The notes: generated by a model from the letters alone, not told the origin. A stretch of DNA of 64,000 nt from Halorussus marinus (GCF_004765795.1 NZ_SBIV01000001.1:310001-374000), one strand, 5' to 3'. Shown: positions 1 through 10,067, counted from the first letter of the stretch. Numbers and translations: made by a program.

Positions 1-316
1 GAATCCGAGTGGGCATTGGACTGCGTCCTCGTGCGAGGCTCGACCGACCCTACATAAAAGCATTTCTGATTCTTCAGTTATATAATGGTCGTTATCGGCG
101 TTTTAGCCCGGCGCAGTCTTGCGGTTCAACGCCAGTTGCACTCCGCCCAACGAGGATGGATGTTCGGGACGCCCAGTCGTAGGCACGGACTTGGCGACCG
201 GCGGCGTACGCATAACTTATGAGAATTATCGAACTCACGTCCGCACCGCGCGCGCCGCGACCGACGGCTCGCGGCCAAACCATAAAGCACGACATGGCGC
301 GCCACCACTGATACGT

Positions 317-694
317 ATGAGCAATTACCTCGTTGCGATGGAGGCGGCATGGTTGGTTCGAGACGTCGAGGACGTGGACGACGCCATCGGCGTGGCGGTC
401 AGCGAAGCCGGCAAGCGGCTCAACGACCAGAGCATGGACTACGTCGAGGTCGAGGTGGGCGCCACGGGCTGTCCCGCGTGTGGCGAACCGTTCGACTCGG
501 CGTTCATCGCGGCGGGAACCTCGCTCGTCGGCCTGCTGTTGGAGATGAAGGTGTTCAACGCCGAGGGCGAGGAACACGCCCAGCGCATCGCCAAGAGCGA
601 GGTCGGCGGCGCGCTCCGGGACGTCCCGCTCGAAGTCGTCGAGACGATCGAGTACGAGGAAGACGAGGAGATCGAACTGGGCGGCGACGAGTAA
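317..694 (+). CDS. UPF0212 / DUF555 family protein
   Basis: ATG at 317, [17 protein letters not shown]...[20 protein letters not shown] motif; acidic protein. Confidence 0.85.
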   Translation: MSNYLVAMEAAWLVRDVEDVDDAIGVAVSEAGKRLNDQSMDYVEVEVGATGCPACGEPFDSAFIAAGTSLVGLLLEMKVFNAEGEEHAQRIAKSEVGGALRDVPLEVVETIEYEEDEEIELGGDE

Positions 695-742
695 GCGTCC
701 GGTCGCCCGCGGCGGCTCGGAGAGCAGACCGAAGCTTTATCT

Positions 743-757
743 ATAACCCGTGGTTAT
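743..757. promoter_or_regulatory. Palindrome ATAACC-cgt-GGTTAT between the TATA box and the start codon (candidate operator)
   Basis: Perfect 6-bp arms next to TTTATCTATAA, ending 8 nt before the ATG of an HTH regulator. Confidence 0.5.
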
Positions 758-765
758 CCGATCGT

Positions 766-1305
766 ATGGAACTACCGACGCCTCAGGACGTCCGAGACCG
801 TCGGACGGAGCTCGGACTCACCCAGAGCGAACTCGCCGACCGCGCGGGCGTCTCCCAGCCGCTGATCGCCCGCATCGAGGGCGGTGACGTCGACCCGCGC
901 CTCTCGACGCTCCGGCGCATCGTCGGCGCGCTCGACGAATCTGAGGGCGACATCGTGCGCGCCGACGACCTGATGCACGAGGAGGTCGTCAGCGTCGCGC
1001 CCACCGACTCGGTCAGTTCGGCCGTGAGCGAGATGCAAGACGCCGGCTACTCCCAGCTTCCGGTCATCGAGGACGGCGTCCCGGTCGGCTCCATCAGCTT
1101 CGAGGACCTGATGAGCGTCGACGAGGACGCCCGCGACCGACCGGTCAGCGAGTACATGGGCGAGGGCTTTCCCACCAAGTCCCGGAACGCCACTCTCGAC
1201 GAGATCAGCACCGACCTCGGCCACAACAAGGCGGTCATCGTCACCGAGCGGGGCAACACCGTCGGCATCATCACCGAGGCCGACATCGCGGCGCGGCTCT
1301 CCTAG
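766..1305 (+). CDS. XRE-type HTH + CBS-domain transcriptional regulator
   Basis: LGLTQSELADRAGVSQPLIARIEGG HTH followed by a CBS pair (YSQLPVI, VGIITEADI). Confidence 0.9.
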   Translation: MELPTPQDVRDRRTELGLTQSELADRAGVSQPLIARIEGGDVDPRLSTLRRIVGALDESEGDIVRADDLMHEEVVSVAPTDSVSSAVSEMQDAGYSQLPVIEDGVPVGSISFEDLMSVDEDARDRPVSEYMGEGFPTKSRNATLDEISTDLGHNKAVIVTERGNTVGIITEADIAARLS

Positions 1306-1308
1306 CGA

Positions 1309-1456
1309 CCTTTTGTTGCGGGCGGCGCCCGAACGCGCCGCCCTTGCAAACGCTCGATCAAAAACTCGTCGTCACCACCTCCCTCGCGTCCTCGCGTCGC
1401 TCGGACGCTCAGTCGATGGTTCCTCGGTCCGCTCGCTCACTGTGTTCGCTCACGGC
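1309..1456. repeat. Haloarchaeal intergenic palindromic (REP-like) element
   Basis: GGGCGGCGC/GCGCCGCCC hairpin inside TTTTG...CAAAA, then TCGCTC-rich modules. Confidence 0.5.
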
Positions 1457-1558
1457 GCGACCGCTATAACGACGACTGCCGGCGAACCCGGCCGAGCGCG
1501 CGCCGGGCATCCCCGAGAACCACCAACAATTATCGTGCGTGCCGACACACGTCGTGAC

Positions 1559-2680
1559 ATGACGGACTTCTCCGACAGGGTCGAACAGGTCTCGATCAGC
1601 GGCATCCGCGAAGTGTTCGAGGCGGCGGGCGAGGACGCTATCAACCTCGGGCTCGGCCAGCCCGACTTCCCGACGCCCGACCACGCCCGGCGAGCCGCGA
1701 TCGAGGCGATCGAGGCCGGCGACACCGACGCCTACACCTCCAACAAGGGGACCCGCGAGCTCCGGGAGGCGATCAGCGCGAAGCACGACCGCGACAACCA
1801 CTTCTCGGTCCCGCCCGAGAACCTGATCGCGACCGCTGGGGGGAGCGAGGCGCTCCACATCGCGCTCGAAGCTCACCTCGACGCCGGCGACGAAGTGATC
1901 TTCCCCGATCCGGGCTTCGTCTCCTACGACGCGCTCACCCGGCTCGCGGGCGGCGAACCAGTGCCGGTCGGGCTCCGCGAGGACCTCACGCTCGACCCGG
2001 CGGCGGTCGAGGACGCGCTCACCGACGACACCGCGGCGTTCGTGGTCAACAGCCCGGCGAACCCGACCGGGGCGGTCCAGACCGAGACCGACATGCGGGA
2101 GTTCGCCCGGATCGCCGACGAGCACGACGTGCTGTGTATCTCCGACGAGGTGTACGAACACATAGTCTTCGACGGCGAGCACCGCTCGCCGATGGCGTAC
2201 GCCGACTCGGACAACGTGGTCGTCGTCAACGCCTGCTCGAAGAGCTACTCGATGACCGGCTGGCGGCTCGGGTGGGTCGCCGCCAGCGAGCGCCGGATCG
2301 AGCGCATGCTCCGGGTCCACCAGTACGCCCAGGCGTGTGCGAGCGCCCCGGCCCAGTTCGCCGCCGAGGCCGCCCTCTCGGGGCCGCAGGACTGCGTCGA
2401 CGAGATGGTCGCCGCCTTCGAGGAGCGCCGCGACGTGTTGCTCGACGGCCTCGCCGACATGGGCCTCGAAACCCCGACGCCCTCCGGCGCCTTCTACGCG
2501 ATGCCGAAGGTCCCGGACGGCTGGGTCGACGAGGTCATCGACCGCGGGGTCGTGGTGGTGCCCGGCGAGGCGTTCGGCGACCGCGGGGAGGGGTACGCCC
2601 GCATCTCGTACGCAACCGACATGGCCCAGATCCGCGAGGCGCTCGACGTGATGGCGGAGGCGACCCGAGCCGTCCGGTGA
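1559..2680 (+). CDS. PLP-dependent aminotransferase class I/II (aspartate aminotransferase-like)
   Basis: INLGLGQPDF, NSPANPTG, SDEVY and SKSYSMTGWRLG motifs. Confidence 0.92.
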   Translation: MTDFSDRVEQVSISGIREVFEAAGEDAINLGLGQPDFPTPDHARRAAIEAIEAGDTDAYTSNKGTRELREAISAKHDRDNHFSVPPENLIATAGGSEALHIALEAHLDAGDEVIFPDPGFVSYDALTRLAGGEPVPVGLREDLTLDPAAVEDALTDDTAAFVVNSPANPTGAVQTETDMREFARIADEHDVLCISDEVYEHIVFDGEHRSPMAYADSDNVVVVNACSKSYSMTGWRLGWVAASERRIERMLRVHQYAQACASAPAQFAAEAALSGPQDCVDEMVAAFEERRDVLLDGLADMGLETPTPSGAFYAMPKVPDGWVDEVIDRGVVVVPGEAFGDRGEGYARISYATDMAQIREALDVMAEATRAVR

Positions 2681-2730
2681 GCGCCGACTCGCCCTGAGAT
2701 TTTATCCCGCTCGCTTCCGTCTAGGCGCCC

Positions 2731-3585
2731 ATGCCCATCTCGCGCCGGGAGTCCGGCGTCGCTCCCGCGACACGCGCGCTCGCCTCCCAGGTCCACCCCG
2801 TGTTCATGCTCCCGCCGGTCTCGTGTTCGCTGTTCGGCGGGGTGCTCGCCGGGACGTTCGCGCCCGTCCCGGGCGTCCTCCACGCGACGGCCATCTTCGC
2901 CGCCGTCTACACCGCCCACGTCAAGGACGGCTACGTCGACTTCTACGTCCGGGGCGAGGACGACGACCACCCGCTGAGCGAGCGGGGGTGTCGGCTCGCG
3001 CTCGCCGGCGCCAGCGGGCTCTTTTTCGCCTGCACGGCCGGCCTGTGGCTGATCGTCGGGCCGATCGCGGCCCTGCTCACGCTCCCGACGTGGCTGGTTG
3101 GCTACCACCACGCTCCCCAGTTGGACACCAACCCCGTGACCGCCACCACCGGCTATCCGCTGGGGATCGCGCTGGCGATCCTCGGGGGGTTCTACGCGCA
3201 GGCCGGCGCGCTCGGGGCGGTCCCGATCGCGTTCGCCGCCGTCTTCCTCGTGTTGCTCTCGGGCGTGAAGGTCATCGACGACGCGCAGGATTTCGACTAC
3301 GACCGCTCGATCGACAAGACGACCGTGGCGGTCGCGCTCGGGCCCCAGCGGGCCCGGACCGCGGCGTTCGGCCTGATGATCGGGGCGCTCGCGCTCGTGG
3401 TCGGGTTCGCCGCGCTCGCGGTGTTCCCGCCGAGTAGCGTCGCCGCGGTCGCCGGGTTCGGCGCCGTGGCCGCGATCGCCCGCCGGGCAGACCCGACGGT
3501 GGCGACGATGCTTCTCGTCCGCGGGTCGTACGTCTTCCTCGCGCTCCTGCTGGTGGCGGTGTGGTTCCGACCCCTCGGCGGGTGA
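2731..3585 (+). CDS. UbiA-family prenyltransferase
   Basis: Multi-TM protein with Asp-rich motifs KDGYVDFYVRGEDDD and DDAQDFDYD. Confidence 0.8.
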   Translation: MPISRRESGVAPATRALASQVHPVFMLPPVSCSLFGGVLAGTFAPVPGVLHATAIFAAVYTAHVKDGYVDFYVRGEDDDHPLSERGCRLALAGASGLFFACTAGLWLIVGPIAALLTLPTWLVGYHHAPQLDTNPVTATTGYPLGIALAILGGFYAQAGALGAVPIAFAAVFLVLLSGVKVIDDAQDFDYDRSIDKTTVAVALGPQRARTAAFGLMIGALALVVGFAALAVFPPSSVAAVAGFGAVAAIARRADPTVATMLLVRGSYVFLALLLVAVWFRPLGG

Positions 3586-3727
3586 CCGGTCGGGCGCTCT
3601 CGGCCCCGCATAGCCGCCCGACAGATCCGGTCGGTCCGTCGGGGCCGAACGACCCTAATCTCGGCGTATACGGCCGTATCAATCGTTACGGCTCCGAAAA
3701 GGATCGTTTCTCGGCGGTACGCCCGCA

Positions 3728-3772
3728 TTCACGTTCTGAACTCTGCGGTACGTCAACGTTCACGTTCTGAAC
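3728..3772. promoter_or_regulatory. Two copies of TTCACGTTCTGAAC, 31 bp apart
   Basis: Exact 14-mer at 3728 and 3759; each copy is TTCA-N5-TGAA. Confidence 0.55.
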
Positions 3773-3816
3773 GGTGGGTCCGTTTCTTCTCCGCACGCGG
3801 CGTGGCCCGTCGTGCA

Positions 3817-4494
3817 ATGATTCGTAAGACAGCACTCGTCGCGCTCGTCGCGCTCCTCGCGGTCGGTATGTCGATGGGAGCGATGGGTGCGGCGCCGATG
3901 GCACAAGACACGACCGAGGAAGGCCAAGAGACGACGACCGAAGGCGAGGAGATGGACGGTGAGGAGACCACGGCCGCGGGCGAGGAGATGGCCGAGAACG
4001 CCACGGTCACGTTGACGAACCAGACCACCGACGGCTCCGAACTCGTCGTCAACGAGACGATGCTCCCCGAGGGCGGATTCATCGCCATCCACCTCGCGGA
4101 CAACGTCACGGCGTCGTCGTACGAGGACCCCGAGAACGTCTCGGTCGGTCCGGTCGTCGGCAACTCGACCTACCTCGAGGCCGGCACCCACGAGAACGTC
4201 ACCGTCGAGCTGAACCGGTCGATCAACGAGAGCCAGCCGCTGGTGGCGATGCCCCATCAGGACACGAACGACGACGAGCGCTACACCTTCCCCGAAGCTG
4301 ACGACCCCTACACGGTCGAGATGCTCCCGGTCATCGACGTCGGCTTCCTGACCGTCGAGGACGGCGGGATGGCCGAGGACGGCGAGGAGATGACGACCGA
4401 AGAAGGCGAGGAGATGACGACCGAAGAAGGCGAGGAGATGACGACCGAAGAAGGCGACGCGATGGGCGACGGCGAGACCACGACCGAAGCGTAG
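3817..4494 (+). CDS. Secreted acidic protein (DUF7282-like cell-surface domain)
   Basis: Signal peptide MIRKTALVALVALLAVG; LPEGGFIAIH...GNSTYLEAGTHENV...LVAMPHQDTN; Thr/Glu repeats. Confidence 0.75.
   Translation: MIRKTALVALVALLAVGMSMGAMGAAPMAQDTTEEGQETTTEGEEMDGEETTAAGEEMAENATVTLTNQTTDGSELVVNETMLPEGGFIAIHLADNVTASSYEDPENVSVGPVVGNSTYLEAGTHENVTVELNRSINESQPLVAMPHQDTNDDERYTFPEADDPYTVEMLPVIDVGFLTVEDGGMAEDGEEMTTEEGEEMTTEEGEEMTTEEGDAMGDGETTTEA
4381..4457 (+). repeat. 24-bp coding tandem repeat x3 (GEEMTTEE)
   Basis: GGCGAGGAGATGACGACCGAAGAA in three exact copies. Confidence 0.95.
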
Positions 4495-4558
4495 ACCGCG
4501 GCGCGGATACCCGACCGAGAGGCTCAATCTTTTTTCGGCTGCGGGACCTCTGTCCGGT

Positions 4559-5455
4559 ATGACCATTCGAGGCCCCTGGACTCACGAGCAGGCTCTCGCA
4601 AACGACGTGCGCCTCCACTACGTCGCGGCGGGCGACCCCGACGACCCTCTCGTCGTCCTGTTGCACGGCTTCCCGGAGTTCTGGTACTCGTGGCACGATC
4701 AGATCCCGGCGCTCGCCGACGCCGGCTATCGAGTCGTCGCGCCGGACATGCGCGGGTACAACCGCTCGGAGAAGCCCCGCGGAGTGAGCGAGTACCGCAT
4801 CGAGAAACTGGTCGACGACGTGGCCGGGCTGATCGACCACTGCGAGGCGGCGTCGGCCCGGGTCGTGGGCCACGACTGGGGCGGCGTGGTGGCGTGGGAG
4901 ACCGCGATCCGTCGACCCGAGGTCGTCGACCGACTGGCGGTCCTGAACGCGCCCCACCCCGGACGCTACCGGGAGGCGCTGGCCCGCGACCCCGACCAGT
5001 GGCGCCGGTCGTGGTACGCCCTCTCGTTTCAGCTCCCGGGAGTGCCCGAGTTCGCGCTCGGCGCGCGCGACGGAGCCGGCGTCGCGAGGCTCCTCCGAGA
5101 CACCGCCGGCTCGGACACCTTCGACGAGACCGATCTCCGACGCTACCGCGGGGCGGCGAGTCGCCCCGGCGCGCTGACCGCCGCGATCAACTACTACCGG
5201 GCGGCGTTCCGCGAGGGCCTCGGCGAGGAGGCGCGGACGCTGATCGGCGGCGGCCGGCCCGACCGCACGGTTCGGGTCCCGACGCTCCTGCTGTGGGGCG
5301 ACGACGATCCGGCGCTCGGGACGGCGCTGTCGAGGGGCCTAGAGCGGTGGGTGCCCGACCTCCGGGTCGAACACTTCCCCGACGCGACCCACTGGCTCCA
5401 GAACGACCGCCCCGAGGCGGTGAGCGACCGGCTCGCGTCGTTCTTCGAGGGGTGA
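4559..5455 (+). CDS. Alpha/beta hydrolase (epoxide hydrolase-like)
   Basis: LLHGFPE, GHDWG nucleophile elbow, HWLQ. Confidence 0.9.
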   Translation: MTIRGPWTHEQALANDVRLHYVAAGDPDDPLVVLLHGFPEFWYSWHDQIPALADAGYRVVAPDMRGYNRSEKPRGVSEYRIEKLVDDVAGLIDHCEAASARVVGHDWGGVVAWETAIRRPEVVDRLAVLNAPHPGRYREALARDPDQWRRSWYALSFQLPGVPEFALGARDGAGVARLLRDTAGSDTFDETDLRRYRGAASRPGALTAAINYYRAAFREGLGEEARTLIGGGRPDRTVRVPTLLLWGDDDPALGTALSRGLERWVPDLRVEHFPDATHWLQNDRPEAVSDRLASFFEG

Positions 5456-5456
5456 G

Positions 5457-5993
5457 TCACTCCTCGGGGAGCCGGACGATCTCCTCGGGGTTCTGGAAGG
5501 CGTACAGGACGAGCGACCCGTCGAGGCGCTGTTCGCGGAGCAGTCTGGAGGCGACGCTCCTGTCGAGCCCCGCGATGATCTCGACCGCGGTCAGGAGTTC
5601 GTCCTGAGCGATGCCGAGCCGGTCGCGGTCGATCTCGACGCCCTCGGGGGCGCGGACGCTTTCTAACATCACGTCGACGAACGCCGCGAGGTCGGTGGTG
5701 TCGGCGAGTCGCTCGTGCCACGACGCCGGGTAGATGCTGACAGCCCCGTCGACGTCGTAGAGGCGTTCGCCGGGCCGCCAGCTCCGCGAGTCGGTCAGTC
5801 GGTCCTCGAGCGACGTCTCGAATCGCTCGCGGTCGTAGTCGAGCGCCTCGGCGTACGCCTCGACGAGCTCTCGCGAGAGGCCCGATCCCTCGACCGGGTG
5901 GTGGCGTTCGAGAAACCGGATCAGCTCCTTGGCCGAGAAGTAATCGTCGTGGCCGGCGATGCGTTCGACGAGGTCTGGGTCGACGGACGTCAT
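5457..5993 (-). CDS. Hypothetical protein
   Basis: Acidic ORF with host-like codon usage that fills the gap. Confidence 0.7.
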   Translation of the reverse strand: MTSVDPDLVERIAGHDDYFSAKELIRFLERHHPVEGSGLSRELVEAYAEALDYDRERFETSLEDRLTDSRSWRPGERLYDVDGAVSIYPASWHERLADTTDLAAFVDVMLESVRAPEGVEIDRDRLGIAQDELLTAVEIIAGLDRSVASRLLREQRLDGSLVLYAFQNPEEIVRLPEE

Positions 5994-6108
5994 GTCACGC
6001 ACCGACGCCGCCGAGTCGCAAAAACGCCCGCGTAAGGATTCCGAGAGATCGGTGGGTCGCTTGGTCCCCGCGACCGCATACCCGCCGGTCGGTGGCGAAC
6101 GCGAGCGC

Positions 6109-7290
6109 TCAGCTCGCGGTGCTGACGATCTTGATCACGTCGCCCTCTTCGAGCTCGTAGCTCTCGCTCACCTCGCGGTTCGTCTTCGCGTTCACCGCGT
6201 GGAGGTAGCCGTCGCCGATGTCCGAGTGGACGGCGTACGCGAGGTCCGTCGGGGTCGACCCCCGCGGGAGGAGGAACGCGTCGGGCAGGACGTTGCCCTT
6301 CGCGTCGGTCCACCGGGTCTCGTTCTGGACGGGGTAGGCGGTGATCCGGTCGAGCAGTTCGTACACCGCGTGGTCGAGCGCGGCCTGGATGCCGGTGCCG
6401 CCCCGCTCGGCCATCACTTCTCGGATCTTTTCGAGGCCGGCCGACTGCTCGTCGGAGAGGTCCCCGACGATCTCGAAGTCGTCGTCGCCGGGGTCGTAGT
6501 CGACGACGCCGGCCTCGGCGGCCTGTCGGAGCGCGAGTTCGCCCTCGGCGGTGGCGGGGATGACGGGCTTGCCGGTCTCGTTCAGGCGCTCGATGTTCTC
6601 GGGCGGCGCGACGTCGGCCTTGTTCGCCACGAGGATGATGGGCTTCGTCCGGGCGCGCACGTCGCGAGCGAGCGCCTCGCGGTGGTCGTCGGTCCACTGG
6701 ATCGGGTCCTCGGGGTAGTCGAGGTCCCGGAGGCTGGCAGCCACGTCGGCCTCGGTCGCGCCGAACCCGGTCAGCATCTCCGCGAGCGCGTCGTCGACGT
6801 CGAAGTCGGGCGATCGGGACTGGCGCTCGACGGTCTCCCAGTTGCGGTCGATGATGCCGGCGAGCCACTGGTCCATCTCCTCCTCGATGAAGTCGACCTC
6901 CTCGACCGGGTCGTAGGTCCCGACCTCGACGGGCTCGCCCTCCTCGTTGGTCCCGCCCGAGGCGTCGACGACGTTGACGATGGCGTCGGCGTTGGTGAGT
7001 TCGTCGAGGAACTGGTTGCCGAGCCCGCGGCCCTCGTGGGCGCCGGGGACCAGCCCCGCCACGTCGAGCAACTCGATCGGGACGTAGCGCTTGCCGGCCC
7101 GGCAGTGCTCGTCGCCACACCGCTCGTCGCGTTCGAGACAGGGGCAGTCGGTGCGGACCGAACTCACCCCGCGGTTGGCGTCGATGGTCGTGAACGGGTA
7201 GTTGGCCACGTCCACGTCGGCCATCGTGGCGGCCTTGTAGAAGGTGGACTTGCCCGCGTTGGGCTTGCCCGCCAGCGCGATGGAAATCAT
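6109..7290 (-). CDS. ychF: Redox-regulated ATPase YchF (Obg family)
   Basis: [26 protein letters not shown]-terminal TGS domain. Confidence 0.93.
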   Translation of the reverse strand: MISIALAGKPNAGKSTFYKAATMADVDVANYPFTTIDANRGVSSVRTDCPCLERDERCGDEHCRAGKRYVPIELLDVAGLVPGAHEGRGLGNQFLDELTNADAIVNVVDASGGTNEEGEPVEVGTYDPVEEVDFIEEEMDQWLAGIIDRNWETVERQSRSPDFDVDDALAEMLTGFGATEADVAASLRDLDYPEDPIQWTDDHREALARDVRARTKPIILVANKADVAPPENIERLNETGKPVIPATAEGELALRQAAEAGVVDYDPGDDDFEIVGDLSDEQSAGLEKIREVMAERGGTGIQAALDHAVYELLDRITAYPVQNETRWTDAKGNVLPDAFLLPRGSTPTDLAYAVHSDIGDGYLHAVNAKTNREVSESYELEEGDVIKIVSTAS

Positions 7291-7437
7291 GCGGGAAGCT
7301 ACCGGCGTGTCCGGGAATTGCCTTTCGGTTCCGCGGATCGACCTCGAGCCGAGCGACCCCCGCGCCGGCTCGACGCGGCCGTCCGGCCACATCCCTTTTC
7401 GACGGCGTCGCTGTTAGGACACCCGTAGGGAGACAAA

Positions 7438-8142
7438 ATGAGTAGATTCACGACACGAGATCGGACGGAAACGACGACCGAATCGGTAAAGGGAGCCGTC
7501 TCGGCGGTGGCCGACCGGAGCGAGATGGAGACGACCGCGGACGGAGAGTCGAGGGGGCCGTACCTCGTCGTCGACCTCGGGCCGGTCGTCGAGCGGTTCT
7601 TCGGCGACGCGAGCGTCGGCGCGGTCGAATCGCGCGCCGAATCCGCGCTCGATGCGGCCGAGACGCGCGCAGAGTCGGCGATCGACGCCGCGGACTCGGA
7701 GACCGGAACTCCCGAACGCGACGGCGGCGGCCCGAGCACGCTCTCGCGGGTGTTCCTCCTCGGGCTCGTGGCCGGCATCGGCTACGCGCTCCGACGGCGG
7801 TCGGTGTCGACGGGCGACGCGCTCGACCGGGTCACCGGCGGCGTCCAGTCGGCCGCCGACGAGACGACCGATCGTTCGGGCGAGGCCGCGGATCGGACCG
7901 AAAGCGTCGCGGGCGAGACCGCAGACCGCGTCCGCGAGACGGGCGAGATGGCGGCCGACCGGGTCGAAGAGGGGAGCGAGGCGGTCGCCGAGTCGATAGA
8001 ATCCGGCGGCGAGGCGGCGTCCGAGCAGGTCGAGGAGGGCGGAGAGGCCGCGGCCGACCGGATGGAGGAGACCGCAGACACCGCCGAGGAGACCGCCGAG
8101 TCCGAACAGGAGTCGGACGACGGCGACGACACCGACTCGTAA
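7438..8142 (+). CDS. Hypothetical membrane-anchored acidic protein with 11-mer repeats
   Basis: Single TM (VFLLGLVAGIGYAL) followed by RRR and a periodic acidic tail. Confidence 0.65.
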   Translation: MSRFTTRDRTETTTESVKGAVSAVADRSEMETTADGESRGPYLVVDLGPVVERFFGDASVGAVESRAESALDAAETRAESAIDAADSETGTPERDGGGPSTLSRVFLLGLVAGIGYALRRRSVSTGDALDRVTGGVQSAADETTDRSGEAADRTESVAGETADRVRETGEMAADRVEEGSEAVAESIESGGEAASEQVEEGGEAAADRMEETADTAEETAESEQESDDGDDTDS

Positions 8143-8218
8143 GCGACTCTCGCGAACGCTTTAGCCGTCGGTCGGCCGACGCGGCCACAAGAAGCTACAC
8201 CCCCTCGTCGTACCACCG

Positions 8219-8400
8219 GTGGCCACGACGGCAGTCACGATCATCAAGGTGCTCGGCACCTCCGAGGAATCGTGGCAGGACGCCGCCGAGGAAGCGTTCC
8301 GGCAGGCGAGCCAGACGGTCGACGACATCAGCGGCGTCGAGATAGAAGACTGGACCGCGAACGTCGAAGACGGCGAGATTCGGGAGTACCACGCGACCGC
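8219..8400 (+). pseudogene. Dodecin-family gene, apparently truncated
   Basis: TAVTIIKVLGTSEESWQDAAEEA...VEDGEIREYHAT; no in-frame ATG, and the frame runs on into the antisense of the neighbouring gene. Confidence 0.65.
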
Positions 8401-8428
8401 CGGCCGGTCGGCGCGGCCGGCGTGGGAT

Positions 8429-9229
8429 TCAGGCCGATGTCGGCGCCTCCTCGACCGACGCGACCCGCGATCGGGGCGCCGTCAGCAGGAAGCCAAAGAG
8501 GACCGCCGGACCGAGGATCGGCGCGCCGACGATGCCCGCGACTATCGGACTCGCGCCGGCGGCGAACGCCGCCAGCGACGCGACGACCCCGAGTCCGACG
8601 GTCGCTCCGAGCGCTCGCCAGTCGTCGCGCCGGAGCGCGGCCCCGGCCGCGACCCCGAACAGCGCGATCGGTCCGAACGCCTCGGCCGGCAGGAGATACG
8701 CCGCCGACGCGCCCGAGAGCGCCACGTCGTAGGCGTTCGTCGCCGCGACCGCGACCGCCGCCACGACCGGGACCGCGAGCGCGCGTCGCGGGGAAAGCGG
8801 GACGAGGCGGCCGGTCCGAGCGACCGACGCGCCCGCGACGAGCGCGAGCGAGCCGACCGCGGTCAGGAACACGCGGGCCGCGGTTCCGATCCCGGTCAGG
8901 AGTCCGCCGTGATACGCGAGGTAGTACCGGTAGTAGGTGCCCTCGCGCTCGACGTACTCGGCGTCCCGGAGCGCCTCGATGGCGGCGTCGTGGTCGCCCC
9001 GCCAGAGGGTCGAGGACTCGCCGTTCAGCGCGGCGTCGATCGAGCGCCGGGCCCGTGGCGGGAGGTCGGCGTACGCGACCGCGTCGTCGGTGATCGGCTC
9101 GCCCTGCACCTCGTCGATTTGGTGGACGAACGCTGACGCCTGACCGTGGTGGGCGAACAGGTACACCGGGTGGGCGAGCACTGCGAGTCCGACCACTACG
9201 AGGAGGGCGGCCACTCGGCGGGTCTCCAT
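8429..9229 (-). CDS. Hypothetical membrane protein
   Basis: N-terminal TM, soluble loop (YADLPPRARR...YVEREGTYY), several C-terminal TMs. Confidence 0.75.
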   Translation of the reverse strand: METRRVAALLVVVGLAVLAHPVYLFAHHGQASAFVHQIDEVQGEPITDDAVAYADLPPRARRSIDAALNGESSTLWRGDHDAAIEALRDAEYVEREGTYYRYYLAYHGGLLTGIGTAARVFLTAVGSLALVAGASVARTGRLVPLSPRRALAVPVVAAVAVAATNAYDVALSGASAAYLLPAEAFGPIALFGVAAGAALRRDDWRALGATVGLGVVASLAAFAAGASPIVAGIVGAPILGPAVLFGFLLTAPRSRVASVEEAPTSA

Positions 9230-9265
9230 ACTGGCGATTATCTCACCGAGAATAAGTATGTTCGC

Positions 9266-10045
9266 CTACAGCTCGACCGCCATCATCACCTCGTCGACGT
9301 AGTCGCCGTCGATCTTGTAGTGGTCTTCCCGGACGGCTTCGGTCTCCCAGTCGTGGCCTTCGAGGAACGCGATCGCGTCCTCGTTGGTCGAAGGGACGCT
9401 CTGATAGACCTTCTCGTAGCCGTTCGCGCCCGCCCACTCCAGCCCGCGGGCGAGCAGGTGGCTCCCGACCCCGTGGCCCTGATACTCGTCGAGGACGCCG
9501 ACGGTGAGCTCGGCGGTGTGGGCCAGCTTGTCGAGCTCCGGGGCGTGAAGGTGGACCCACCCGACGACGTCGTCTCCCGGTCCCCCGACCGGCCGGTCCG
9601 AGCCGGCCTGCGTCTCGCCGTCGCCGACGGTGGCGACGAAGAACATCCGCGACTCGAGTTCGTTGTGTCTGAGCAACGCCTCGTCGTGGTCGATCTCGTC
9701 GGCGACGCTCTCGGCGACGATGTAGGTCCGCTCCTCGGCGACCCGCCGGATCGCGCCGACGATGCCCGAGAGGTCCTCCTGTCGGGCGGGCCGGATCGCG
9801 AACTCGAAGCCCTCGACCTCGTACTCCTCGGTGGCCCCGGCGTCGAACGCCGCCCGGAGGCGGCCGTCGCGCTCCTCGAGGTAGCCGTCGCGCTTGAGGA
9901 TCGCGACGTGGTGGCGGAACCCGCCGGGATCGACCCGGAGCCGCTCGCGGGCCTCCTCGGCGCCGACCTCGCCGTGGCGCTCGACGTACTCGTAGATGCG
10001 TTTCCTGTCGTCGTGGTCGAAATCGAGGCTCTCCGAAAACTGCAT
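9266..10045 (-). CDS. GNAT N-acetyltransferase with N-terminal HTH-like domain
   Basis: VLDEYQGHGVGSHLL acetyl-CoA motif; NEDAIAFLE. Confidence 0.88.
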   Translation of the reverse strand: MQFSESLDFDHDDRKRIYEYVERHGEVGAEEARERLRVDPGGFRHHVAILKRDGYLEERDGRLRAAFDAGATEEYEVEGFEFAIRPARQEDLSGIVGAIRRVAEERTYIVAESVADEIDHDEALLRHNELESRMFFVATVGDGETQAGSDRPVGGPGDDVVGWVHLHAPELDKLAHTAELTVGVLDEYQGHGVGSHLLARGLEWAGANGYEKVYQSVPSTNEDAIAFLEGHDWETEAVREDHYKIDGDYVDEVMMAVEL

Positions 10046-10067
10046 GGTTAATGATAACAGTTCGCAC

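Noticed and set aside
1..60. Possible start of a minus-strand gene (ATG at 16, CTTTTATG box)
   Set aside because: Only five codons fall inside the window, so it cannot be identified.
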